A stretch of DNA of 64,000 bases, from positions 14,025 to 78,024 of IMG/VR virus record IMGVR_UViG_3300028569_000031; one strand, 5' to 3'. Origin of the DNA: a virus. Position 1 is the first letter of the stretch; each line of letters starts with the position of its first letter. The notes below the pieces were generated by a model. It worked only from the letters and a program-made list of their open reading frames with translations. It had not been told where the DNA came from and did no database searches. A program made the position numbers and the translations under genes. Shown piece after piece: positions 19,515 through 28,474 of this stretch.

Positions 19515-20978
19515 ATGACAACTAGAAAACCTATTGTTTTAATTTCAGGGCTTTTTGAAGAAGTAAATACTCCGACGGATGGACTGGACTTTGCTGGAAA
19601 TACAACAACAAATTTAACAGAGGGTACAAATCTTTATTACACAGATACTAGAGCACGGTTATCAATTTCTGCTGGAAACACAGGAACTGGATATGGGTCT
19701 ATAAGCTATAACAACAGTACAGGAGTTCTTACCTATTCAGTAGTTACAGACTTAAATATTAGAGGTGCTTTAAGTGTAGCTGGTGGTTCAGGTTTAACGT
19801 ACAACAGTACTACTGGAGTATTTGGTACAAGTGCTATTCCAAACTCTCAATTAGCCAACAGTAGTATTACTTTTGGTGTTACACCTGCTGCTTTAGGTTC
19901 TACAGTAACAAGTTTTGATATTACCAATCTAAAAACCGCTGGGCTTGAAATAAAACATCCATCTACCAGTGCTTCACATATAATAGCTGATTACGCGGGT
20001 ATTCTTTTTACGGGCGCCACAATTACAGTTGGTCAGTATATTGACCTAGTACCTGCACAGCCGACCGGCGCACGTGTTATTACTCTTCCAGATGCAACAG
20101 GTACGGTTGCTCTGTTGTCATCAATAAGTGCAACAAATACTGGAACTGGATACGGGTCCATAAGCTATAACAACACGACCGGAGTACTTACATATTCAGT
20201 AGTTACAGATTTAAACATTAGAGGTGCTTTAAGTGCTACTAACAGCGGTAGTGGTTATGGGTCAATAAGTTATAACAGTACTTCTGGCGCTATTACCTAT
20301 TCAGTAGTTACAGACTTAAATATTAGAGGTTCTTTAAGTGTAGCTGGTGGTTCAGGTTTAACGTACAACAGTACTACTGGAGTATTTGGCACAAGTGCTA
20401 TTCCGAACGCACAGCTTGCTAATAGCAGCCTCACCGTTGGTTCTACGTCAATTGCTCTTGGAAGCACTGCAACCAGCATTGCTGGCTTAACTGCTTTAAC
20501 AGCAACAACATTAACCGCTGGTACCGGCGGACATATATTTACTGGTTCCTCATCAGGAACTACTACAGTTGTTGCCACAGCAGCAGCATCTGGAACCTTA
20601 ACTCTTCCTGCTACTACCAGCACACTTGCCGTTCTAGGCTTAGCCCAAAGCTACAGTGCGGCGCAACGTGGAACGATCAGTGTCCTTACAAGTAGTTCTT
20701 CCATTACTCCAGATTTTGCTGTTGCTAATAACTTTTCCTTAACCTTAGGCGTAAGTACTACAATCCAAAATCCGTCAAACTTAACTGCTGGACAAAGCGG
20801 TGCAATAGTTATTACTCAGGACGGTACCGGCTCCAGAACAATTGCCTATGGTTCATATTTTAAATTTTCAGGTGGTACACCAACAGCTACGACAACTGCA
20901 AATGCCGTTGACGTATTAGTTTATTATGTTGAATCAGCTACGAGAATAACAGCTAGACTGATAACAAACGTGGCATAA
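19515..20978 (+). CDS. tail fibre protein
   Basis: NLTEGTNLYYTDTRAR and YNSTTGV repeats; C-terminal ITPDF..QDGTGSRT domain. Confidence 0.8.
   Translation: MTTRKPIVLISGLFEEVNTPTDGLDFAGNTTTNLTEGTNLYYTDTRARLSISAGNTGTGYGSISYNNSTGVLTYSVVTDLNIRGALSVAGGSGLTYNSTTGVFGTSAIPNSQLANSSITFGVTPAALGSTVTSFDITNLKTAGLEIKHPSTSASHIIADYAGILFTGATITVGQYIDLVPAQPTGARVITLPDATGTVALLSSISATNTGTGYGSISYNNTTGVLTYSVVTDLNIRGALSATNSGSGYGSISYNSTSGAITYSVVTDLNIRGSLSVAGGSGLTYNSTTGVFGTSAIPNAQLANSSLTVGSTSIALGSTATSIAGLTALTATTLTAGTGGHIFTGSSSGTTTVVATAAASGTLTLPATTSTLAVLGLAQSYSAAQRGTISVLTSSSSITPDFAVANNFSLTLGVSTTIQNPSNLTAGQSGAIVITQDGTGSRTIAYGSYFKFSGGTPTATTTANAVDVLVYYVESATRITARLITNVA
19731..20404 (+). repeat. 110-bp direct repeat within the fibre gene (19731-19840 and 20295-20404)
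   Basis: 2 mismatches in 110 nt by eye; a more diverged related copy lies near 20140-20235. Confidence 0.85.
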
Positions 20979-20984
20979 TAGATT

Positions 20985-21389
20985 ATGGCAACTCAAGTAC
21001 AACTAAGGCGTGGTACGACTGCTCAGACAGCTTCTTTTGCTGGTGCACTGGGGGAGGTTACTGTTGATACACAGAAACTTACAGCCATAGTTCATGATGC
21101 GATAACACTTGGCGGGTTTCCGCTTTTACGAGAAGACGGTACCAACTGTTTACTTTCTCCCGGCGCACTCAATAGTTGCGCTCTTAAGTTTGCCAACAGC
21201 ATTAATACTGGTATTATTAGTTCAGTACAGGCCCAATTATCTTTGGTGACGAACGGTGTTGCAAGGCTTACAATAGATTCTTCAGGGAGTGCAACCTTCT
21301 CTGGAAACCTAACCGTTAATGGAAGTCTTAGTGTCGCTGGCACTACTACTTCATCTGACACTTTAACCTTAATTATTGCTCTAAGTTAA
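20985..21389 (+). CDS. fibre protein with Mtd N-terminal-like domain
   Basis: MATQVQLRRGTT..GEVTVDT..VHD..GGFPL. Confidence 0.7.
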   Translation: MATQVQLRRGTTAQTASFAGALGEVTVDTQKLTAIVHDAITLGGFPLLREDGTNCLLSPGALNSCALKFANSINTGIISSVQAQLSLVTNGVARLTIDSSGSATFSGNLTVNGSLSVAGTTTSSDTLTLIIALS

Positions 21390-21734
21390 ATGGCAAACAC
21401 TTTTAAAAAAGATACAAAGTCAAGCCTTTTGACAGCTGATGTAACATCAAGCGCAACTACTAATATACTTACAGCGGGTGGCTCTGCTACTCTTGTTATT
21501 CTTAGTGTATTAGTTTCAAACAAAACTGGTAGCAGTGCAAACGCAAATGTATATATTTCTTCCGCAGTTGGTGATTCAGTATTTCTTATAAAGAATGGGC
21601 CGGTGCCAGCAGGCTCCTCGTTAGAACTTGTACAAGGTAATAAACTGATTGTAGAACCATCAGATGTTATCCGCGCCAGTTCAGATACGGGCTCGGCACT
21701 TGACATAATGATTAGCTACCTGGAGCAAACATAA
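21390..21734 (+). CDS. small structural protein
   Basis: MANTFK.. beta-sandwich type protein common in aquatic phage tail clusters. Confidence 0.6.
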   Translation: MANTFKKDTKSSLLTADVTSSATTNILTAGGSATLVILSVLVSNKTGSSANANVYISSAVGDSVFLIKNGPVPAGSSLELVQGNKLIVEPSDVIRASSDTGSALDIMISYLEQT

Positions 21735-22141
21735 TGACAACAGGACTAACAACGATTGGTGACATTGACATTCTGTACAAACAGGTGAGTTCTTTAAAAG
21801 AAGATATTAAAAACAAAGGAGAACTAAAAGAAGAAACATATAATTTAAAAATTATTGAAATAGAAAAGCGTCTTCAAGATTTAGAATCAAGAATCTTTGA
21901 AGAACGTGTTCTTGAACTGGATGACACTTCTTGGGATAATATTATTTTGAAAAGAAATTACCTACTTAAGTCAACAGACTGGACCGTTACTTCTGGTTGC
22001 ACTGTAGATCAATCTGCTTGGGTATCTTATAGACAACAATTAAGGGACTTACCACAAACGTTTTTCGGTGTAAAATTAAATGAGGTCCGATGGCCAGCAG
22101 CACCTGCTACTACTGGCCCAAACTCAATAAAAAATAAATAG
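21734..22141 (+). CDS. tail fibre assembly chaperone
   Basis: RNYLLKSTDW..WVSYRQQLRDLPQ..WP. Confidence 0.8.
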   Translation: MTTGLTTIGDIDILYKQVSSLKEDIKNKGELKEETYNLKIIEIEKRLQDLESRIFEERVLELDDTSWDNIILKRNYLLKSTDWTVTSGCTVDQSAWVSYRQQLRDLPQTFFGVKLNEVRWPAAPATTGPNSIKNK

Positions 22142-22149
22142 GAACTGAC

Positions 22150-22980
22150 ATGCGTTATATAGGAAACACAACATTAACACCTGGTATAAGTTACCAACGT
22201 ATTGATAATATTGGGTCTAGTTTTAACGGCGTTACAACGTCTTTTCCATTATTAGTTTCTGGTATTTCACCTGTCCCATTTCCATCTAACCCACAACAGT
22301 GTTTAATTTCTGTTAACGGTGTAATTCAAAAGCCAGACCCAACCGGTGCAGCTGGCTTTAATTTAGTGGGTACGAACATAGTATTTGCCTCTGCTCCGAC
22401 AGGAGGTTGGGCTTTCTTCGGGGTTGTTCTTGCTGGGTCTGATTTTGTTGCGGTTGGGGCCAGTTTCCCAGATGGTTCAAATAGTGCACCGAGTATTACA
22501 TTTGATAATGCACCAACCACTGGTTTTTATCGCAGCGGCTCAAATGAAATTAGTGTTACTACTGGAGGTGTTCAACGTGCTGTTTTTGACGCTAACGGTA
22601 ATCTTGCTATAGGAGCATCTGTAGGTAATACAAAAATATATGTTCAAGGCACCGGAGCAATGAACATTGCAACTTTAACCGATGGGTCTACAATTACTCC
22701 TGATTTTACAGTTGCCAATAACTTTACAGTCACTTTGACCGGAACACCTCGAACACTTGCTAACCCAACTGGCATGACTGTTGGGCAGAGTGGTTTGATT
22801 TATATTCTGCAGGATGCAACTGGAAACAGGATTTTAAGTTACGGCAGCCATTGGAAATTCCCTGGCGGCCAATCGTTTAAAAATTTAACTACTACAGCAA
22901 ACGCAGTTGACTTAATTGGTTATACTGTACGTACAAGTACAAGCATTGCTTGTCAACTCGTAAACAACCTTACCCAATAA
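22150..22980 (+). CDS. tail fibre adaptor protein
   Basis: ISVNGVIQKP, DGSNSAPSITF; C-terminal ITPDF..QDATGNR domain. Confidence 0.7.
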   Translation: MRYIGNTTLTPGISYQRIDNIGSSFNGVTTSFPLLVSGISPVPFPSNPQQCLISVNGVIQKPDPTGAAGFNLVGTNIVFASAPTGGWAFFGVVLAGSDFVAVGASFPDGSNSAPSITFDNAPTTGFYRSGSNEISVTTGGVQRAVFDANGNLAIGASVGNTKIYVQGTGAMNIATLTDGSTITPDFTVANNFTVTLTGTPRTLANPTGMTVGQSGLIYILQDATGNRILSYGSHWKFPGGQSFKNLTTTANAVDLIGYTVRTSTSIACQLVNNLTQ

Positions 22981-22982
22981 TT

Positions 22983-25448
22983 ATGTCTATTCCAGGTTCT
23001 ACCAACCCCCTTTTATTATTTGGTGACCCCACTGGCGGACAGTACCAAATACAACGTTCGCTCAGATTCAATAGTAGTGACAGTGCCTACTTGTCTAAAA
23101 CCTTCTCATCTTCAGCGACAAGTTCTAGAAAACTTACTTATTCAACTTGGGTAAAACGAGCGGCATTAGATGTTGGATCGGTCCAACACTTTGGACTGTC
23201 TGCTGCAGTGTCTGGAAGCTCAAGAGACGCTATTAGATTTTCTGGCGACAGTATTCAAGTTTATTTCAATGAAGGAGCCTCTGGAATCGTAACTACAAAC
23301 GCAGTATTTCGTGATCTTTCCGCTTGGTATCATATTGTTATTTCAATTGACACCACTAACTCTACCCCCGCTGATCGGGTCATAATATATGTCAACGGTA
23401 GCCGTCAGTCTACTTCTGGAACACAACCCTCTCAGAATTACGACTTTACCGGTTTTCTAGTATCGGGAAAACAGCAAAACATCGGCAGAAATCCGGCACC
23501 CGATTATTATGTAAACGCCTACTTGGCCGATGTATTCCTAATCGACGGCCAGGCATTAACCCCCAGCAGTTTCACAGAAGTCAGTGCCACTACTGGGCAA
23601 CTCATACCCAAGGCATACACCGGCACATTTGGTACGAATGGATTCTGGCTGAAGTTCAGCGATAACTCCGCTCTAACCAGTGGCAGCAATGTTGGGGTCG
23701 GCAAAGATTACTCAGGTAATGCAAATTACTTTAATACTTCTGGCCTCAGCGTTACTGCTGGTGCTGGGAATGACAGCCTCGTAGACACCCCGACTTCTTA
23801 CGGCACCGATACCTACGTGGGTGGTGAGGTGAGGGGGAATTACTGCACGTGGAATCCGCTTGATCAAAAAAACTCCAATACTTTTTCTAATGGCAATCTT
23901 GATTGCGTGATTGCTGGGGCAGGAGAAATCTTTGGTACGCAAGGTGTAAGCAGTGGTAAGTGGTATTTTGAAATTGTTGGCACTGCTACAGCGGATTTCC
24001 TTGGTAGGTATGCAATTATTATGGGAGTTTGCAATTTATCAGTTACGCAAACAAGTCGATCTAGTGCAGGGTCGTGGTTATTCTATACCTATCTGGGGAC
24101 AAAAATTTCAAACGGAGTGGAAACTTCTTACGGAAACCAAGCAGCATTAAACGCAGTTGTTGGTGTTGCAGTTGATCTCGACAACTCAAAAATATGGTTT
24201 AGTGTTAATAATACTTGGCAAGCATCAGGAGATCCGGCGGCAGGGACAAACGCTGCGTTTACCAACGTATCTGGAGTTATTTCTCCTGTTGTATTCAATG
24301 GTAGCTCAAACTCTACAAATACTTTCGTATTAAATACAGGTTCTCGCGCATTTGCCTACACCGCCCCCAGCGGCTTCAAGGCACTATGCGATACCAACCT
24401 CGGCGCCCCATTAGTCGCCAAGCCTTCCACTGTATTCGATGTTATTACTTATACCGGCACAGGATCTAGCCTTACGCTGCCAAATGGTAGTAGTACTCCT
24501 ACCAGCATTTCATTTACACCAGATTTTGCATGGTTGAAAGGTCGCTCAGGTGCAACAAACCATGCGCTGTATGACGCAGTCCGTGGTGTGCAAAAAGATT
24601 TAGTTAGCAACAGTACGTCTGCTGAAACAACGGAAACCACCGGGTTAACTGCGTTTGGAACTAATACCTTTACTGTTGGCAGTTTGGCAAAACTGAATAC
24701 TAGTAGTTCTACATATGTTGCCTGGGCTTGGAATGCTGGCGGCACAACAGATCCTTCCAACACAGCAGGCTCCATCACTAGTCAGGTGAGGGCGAATGTT
24801 AGTGCTGGGTTTAGCGTTGTTGGATGGACTTCAAACGGCACCTTTGGCATTGAAACAACGGGTCATGGGTTAGGCGTATCACCGGATTTGATCATTGTAA
24901 AAAACAGAGACTCCGGTACTGATCCATGGCAAGTATTTCATTCTTCTTTTAGCAATACAGCCTCCGATTATCTGTTCTTGAATACAACTGCGGCGAAGGC
25001 TACGTCTGGCGCAACTATTTGGACCAGAAGTTCAACAACGTTTGGTTATAGGCAGTCTTCTATTTTCACCAATGGACAAAAAGGAATTGCTTACTGCTTC
25101 GCCCCAGTAGTCGGGTACTCTTCTTTCGGCAGCTACACCGGCAATGGCAGCGCAGATGGGCCGTTTGTGTATACCGGATTTAGGCCGAGGTGGATTATGG
25201 TGAAACGTACCGATTCTGCAATCCAGTGGACAATTCTGGACACATCTAGAAGCCCCAACAACGTCGCTGATGCTCGCCTTTTCCCAAACCTAGCTCAGGC
25301 AGAGACGGTCAACGGTGACGGCAACACCGATCTGCTTTCAAACGGTTTTAAGCCACGCAACATTGATAGCTCCTTTAACACAAACGGTGGCACTTACATA
25401 TTTGCAGCCTTTGCAGAAAACCCATTCCAATACGCCCGTGCCAGGTGA
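22983..25448 (+). CDS. long tail fibre / receptor-binding protein (LamG-like, SPRY-like and C-terminal domains)
   Basis: RSLRFN, WYHIV, GKWYFE, APSGFKAL, AFAENPFQYARAR; ATG 22983 preferred as start. Confidence 0.8.
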   Translation: MSIPGSTNPLLLFGDPTGGQYQIQRSLRFNSSDSAYLSKTFSSSATSSRKLTYSTWVKRAALDVGSVQHFGLSAAVSGSSRDAIRFSGDSIQVYFNEGASGIVTTNAVFRDLSAWYHIVISIDTTNSTPADRVIIYVNGSRQSTSGTQPSQNYDFTGFLVSGKQQNIGRNPAPDYYVNAYLADVFLIDGQALTPSSFTEVSATTGQLIPKAYTGTFGTNGFWLKFSDNSALTSGSNVGVGKDYSGNANYFNTSGLSVTAGAGNDSLVDTPTSYGTDTYVGGEVRGNYCTWNPLDQKNSNTFSNGNLDCVIAGAGEIFGTQGVSSGKWYFEIVGTATADFLGRYAIIMGVCNLSVTQTSRSSAGSWLFYTYLGTKISNGVETSYGNQAALNAVVGVAVDLDNSKIWFSVNNTWQASGDPAAGTNAAFTNVSGVISPVVFNGSSNSTNTFVLNTGSRAFAYTAPSGFKALCDTNLGAPLVAKPSTVFDVITYTGTGSSLTLPNGSSTPTSISFTPDFAWLKGRSGATNHALYDAVRGVQKDLVSNSTSAETTETTGLTAFGTNTFTVGSLAKLNTSSSTYVAWAWNAGGTTDPSNTAGSITSQVRANVSAGFSVVGWTSNGTFGIETTGHGLGVSPDLIIVKNRDSGTDPWQVFHSSFSNTASDYLFLNTTAAKATSGATIWTRSSTTFGYRQSSIFTNGQKGIAYCFAPVVGYSSFGSYTGNGSADGPFVYTGFRPRWIMVKRTDSAIQWTILDTSRSPNNVADARLFPNLAQAETVNGDGNTDLLSNGFKPRNIDSSFNTNGGTYIFAAFAENPFQYARAR

Positions 25449-25478
25449 GTAGTGAACACGGATACGATGCTGGGGGCA

Positions 25479-25673
25479 ATGACACGTTTCTTCTCTGACC
25501 TTACCAAAAGCATCAGCGAAAAACGCCGCGAACAAATCGAACGCCGCAAAGCCGAGCTTCGGCAACGATTTTCTTCCAAAACCATCCATCGCCTTGCCGA
25601 TAACAAACTTTACAAACTCACAGTCGATGGCTGGGTCGAGGTCCAGCCCAGACTCGATTCAGACAGGGCTTGA
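25479..25673 (+). CDS. small hypothetical protein (cassette-like)
   Basis: begins just after the first TAGT site; C-ending codon usage unlike core genes. Confidence 0.5.
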   Translation: MTRFFSDLTKSISEKRREQIERRKAELRQRFSSKTIHRLADNKLYKLTVDGWVEVQPRLDSDRA

Positions 25674-25854
25674 CACAAAAGTTTAGAACGCCCCACTTTT
25701 AACCCCGTGGAAATCGACGGGTTTGCTGTTTGCAAATAGCGAACAGTCAGGTACTTTTTCATGGATTCACAAATTTGCAAAATCGTGAAAAAGCCTTAAC
25801 ATGATTAGGCAGCGAGTATCAGCTCCTGCTGCCGGCCACAATCCTCTGGAGATC

Positions 25855-26160
25855 ATGACCACCGAACTGTACGAGATCCGTGACTACGCATACGAGCCAG
25901 GATGGGTTCATTACGTCACGGAAACAACCACTTCTATTGCAGACTCTTGGACAACTGCATTACCTCTTGACTCAGAAAATATTGAGAAGTTTGGTGCAGC
26001 AACACCGCCAAAAAGATTTAAAACAAAAGCAGAAGCCAAACCTTATCTTGATGCACTAAAAGCAGCACGTCTAGAAAATTGGGCAAAAGACGGCTATTTA
26101 GATAAAGCACGTGGGCGTTGTCGTCCTGCCTGGAAGATCTATGCTGCTAAAGCCTCCTAG
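25855..26160 (+). CDS. hypothetical protein (cassette-like)
   Basis: GGAG SD before ATG 25855; stop codon TAG forms the start of a TAGT site. Confidence 0.6.
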   Translation: MTTELYEIRDYAYEPGWVHYVTETTTSIADSWTTALPLDSENIEKFGAATPPKRFKTKAEAKPYLDALKAARLENWAKDGYLDKARGRCRPAWKIYAAKAS

Positions 26161-26413
26161 TCCTTGGCTCTACTCACCCGTGGAAGCCAAAGGGCTACCG
26201 ATCAAGTACTGTGCACATACTGCACATTGCAACTCTCTGGAAATTCCGGACAGTTCAGGTGTGCCTAGTAGTCCCGCACACTAGTCCGGTCAACTACGAT
26301 TGGGCTGGGTTGTAATTTTCTAGTACTTATTCAAAGAAAGCGGCTCAATTTTGAATAAGCCTCAATCTTATTCAAGTTTGACGCGGTAAAATAAGGCTGC
26401 TTATCACCAATCC

Positions 26414-26671
26414 ATGACTAACCCCGCTCCAGTAGCAACTATTCTTACAGTTTCTATCCACCGAACAAGTACGAATCCTGTCCATGGCCGTGGGGTCCTA
26501 CAGATTTCTATTGACGACGAAGGCGCAGGAGGTTTTATAAAAATACGTGAATTAGGTGATGATCTAGATAATTGCGTGCGCCTGGATGCTGATGAACTGG
26601 ATTTGGTTTTCCAGGAAGCCAAAAAACTTATTGATCAGAAAACACTGCTTCCTTTTAAGGATCTGATTTAG
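26414..26671 (+). CDS. hypothetical phage protein
   Basis: ISIDDEGAGGFIKI motif; TAAAAT upstream. Confidence 0.65.
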   Translation: MTNPAPVATILTVSIHRTSTNPVHGRGVLQISIDDEGAGGFIKIRELGDDLDNCVRLDADELDLVFQEAKKLIDQKTLLPFKDLI

Positions 26672-26675
26672 TAAC

Positions 26676-26987
26676 ATGACACCACAACAAAACGACGTAC
26701 TCTTAGCTGCTGTTGATCTGATCAACGGTGGAATGGACATGGAAGAAGCATTGGGTTGTTACCGAGTTATTGCTCAATACGTTGTGAAAACAATTCCACC
26801 TGATTCTGTAGAGAACAAGTACAATCTATTAAAACCGTTACCTGATCTTGAAAGGCAAGAAATAATGTGGCGCGTTGCTGTTACGTCCGCACTGGAAACA
26901 GGAGAGGCTCCATATGAACTTTTTGCTAATCGTCTTCATAGCTATCTTGCTGGTAAAAACCTCATGGAGATAGAGCAGCTATCTTGA
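26676..26987 (+). CDS. hypothetical protein
   Basis: follows previous ORF by 4 nt. Confidence 0.55.
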   Translation: MTPQQNDVLLAAVDLINGGMDMEEALGCYRVIAQYVVKTIPPDSVENKYNLLKPLPDLERQEIMWRVAVTSALETGEAPYELFANRLHSYLAGKNLMEIEQLS

Positions 26988-27077
26988 GAATCCTAGATTG
27001 TTTGAAACATCTAATCACTATATATATATATGATATAAAAGAGATTGTTTAACAATTTTTATGGACATCTTACCAAT

Positions 27078-27103
27078 AAAAAAGACCCTCCGAAGAAGGT
27101 CTT
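27078..27103 (-). terminator. psbA rho-independent terminator
   Basis: minus strand AAGACCTTC-TTCG-GAGGGTCTT plus T run (cUUCGg loop). Confidence 0.85.
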
Positions 27104-27123
27104 AAGAACTGTTAATTTATTTA

Positions 27124-28203
27124 TCAACCAATAGAAGGTGCAGTAAGAGCAACAGAAGTTAACTCAGAAGCAGCAAGATCTAAAGGAAAGTTATGAGCAT
27201 TTCTTTCATGCATTACTTCTAAACCAAGTCCAGCACGGTTCAGAATATCCGCCCAAGTTGGTACAACACGGTTCTGACTGTCAACAATTGACTGGTTAAA
27301 ATTAAATCCATTAAGATTAAACGCCATTGTAGAAACACCTAGAGCAGTGAACCAGATGCCAACAACCGGCCAAGCAGCTAAGAAAAAGTGAAGTGAACGA
27401 CTGTTGTTGAACGAAGCATACTGGAAAATAAGTCTTCCAAAGTACCCGTGAGCAGCAACAATGTTGTAGGTCTCTTCTTCTTGGCCAAACTTATAGCCGT
27501 AGTTATGCGATTCATTCTCTGTGGTTTCACGAACCAAGCTGGAGGTAACCAATGAACCGTGCATTGCACTAAACAAGCTGCCACCAAACACACCTGCTAC
27601 GCCGAGCATGTGGAAGGGGTGCATAAGAATGTTATGCTCAGCTTGGAACACCAACATGTAGTTGAATGTACCAGAGATACCCAATGGCATCGCATCAGAA
27701 AAAGAACCTTGACCGAAAGGATATACAAGGAATACAGCAGTCGCAGCAGCAACAGGTGCTGAGTAAGCAACGCAGATCCAAGGGCGCATTCCTAATCGAT
27801 AGCTAAGTTCCCATTCGCGTCCCATGTAAGCAAAGATGCCAATGAGGAAGTGGAATACGACGAGTTGGAACGGCCCGCCGTTGTAGAGCCATTCATCAAG
27901 GGAAGCAGCTTCCCAAATTGGATAGAAATGTAATCCGATTGCATTTGAGGAGGGGACAACCGCTCCTGAAATAATGTTGTTTCCATAAAGTAAAGAGCCA
28001 GATACAGGCTCGCGGATCCCATCTATATCGACAGGTGGAGCACCAATAAAAGCTATGGTGAAGCAGACGGTAGCAGCAAGAAGTGTTGGAATCATTAGGA
28101 CTCCAAACCAACCAACGTATATCCGATTTTCAGTTGAGGTTACCCAACGGCAAAATTGTTGCCATAGGTTCGTTTGTTCTTGTAAGGCAATTGAAGCAGT
28201 CAC
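27124..28203 (-). CDS. psbA: photosystem II D1 protein (E130 form)
   Basis: unmistakable D1 sequence ([42 protein letters not shown]); GTG start. Confidence 0.99.
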   Translation of the reverse strand: MTASIALQEQTNLWQQFCRWVTSTENRIYVGWFGVLMIPTLLAATVCFTIAFIGAPPVDIDGIREPVSGSLLYGNNIISGAVVPSSNAIGLHFYPIWEAASLDEWLYNGGPFQLVVFHFLIGIFAYMGREWELSYRLGMRPWICVAYSAPVAAATAVFLVYPFGQGSFSDAMPLGISGTFNYMLVFQAEHNILMHPFHMLGVAGVFGGSLFSAMHGSLVTSSLVRETTENESHNYGYKFGQEEETYNIVAAHGYFGRLIFQYASFNNSRSLHFFLAAWPVVGIWFTALGVSTMAFNLNGFNFNQSIVDSQNRVVPTWADILNRAGLGLEVMHERNAHNFPLDLAASELTSVALTAPSIG

Positions 28204-28290
28204 TTTTAAAAGGGTAGGTATGAGTCCGGGGGACGAACGGGTTGTGTTATTCCCACATCACCCTCAGATGCGGGTATTAGAGATGATTTA
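28204..28290 (-). ncRNA. PhotoRC-II-like cis-regulatory RNA in the psbA leader
   Basis: minus strand CTCTAATA-CCCGCATC-TGAGGGT-GATGTGGG-AATA hairpin with GAGGG loop and a downstream CCCCC; resembles the cyanophage psbA leader motif from memory. Confidence 0.7.
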
Positions 28291-28313
28291 CTTCTGATGA
28301 TCTCGGTTTCAGA

Positions 28314-28364
28314 AGTGTAAGGAATTGTAAAGTTTTATCTTCATTCCCTGACTTATTCAGTATA
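28314..28364 (-). promoter_or_regulatory. psbA promoter with HLR1-like (RpaB) direct repeat
   Basis: -10 TATACT at 28364-28359; TTTACAAT-TC-CTTACACT at 28331-28314. Confidence 0.55.
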
Positions 28365-28474
28365 GCTTGTTTAAACACAAATTGTGGGGGTGACCGAAGA
28401 ACTTAAGTGGCTAAGAGTTCCTAAAGTGTACTAAAAAAACAAGTCTATAATTAGTAAAGAAAGGCTCAATTCAG

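Larger units (their letters stand above)
25449..26296. repeat. four TAGT-N7-ACTA-like sites
   Basis: 25450 TAGT-GAACACG-GATA; 26158 TAGT-CCTTGGC-TCTA; 26269 TAGT-CCCGCAC-ACTA; 26282 TAGT-CCGGTCA-ACTA. Confidence 0.6.

Noticed and set aside
19515-25448. Diversity-generating retroelement acting on fibre genes
   Set aside because: No reverse transcriptase is present, and the 110-bp repeat differences (G/T, T/C) are not adenine-specific.
25680-26400. CRISPR mini-array
   Set aside because: The palindromes differ from one another and there is no constant repeat-spacer period; the PD-(D/E)XK nuclease sits in the replication block.
27019-27031. (TA)n run
   Set aside because: A short microsatellite in AT-rich spacer DNA with no further support.
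27124-28203. Intron or homing endonuclease in psbA
   Set aside because: The ORF is continuous and full length (359 aa).
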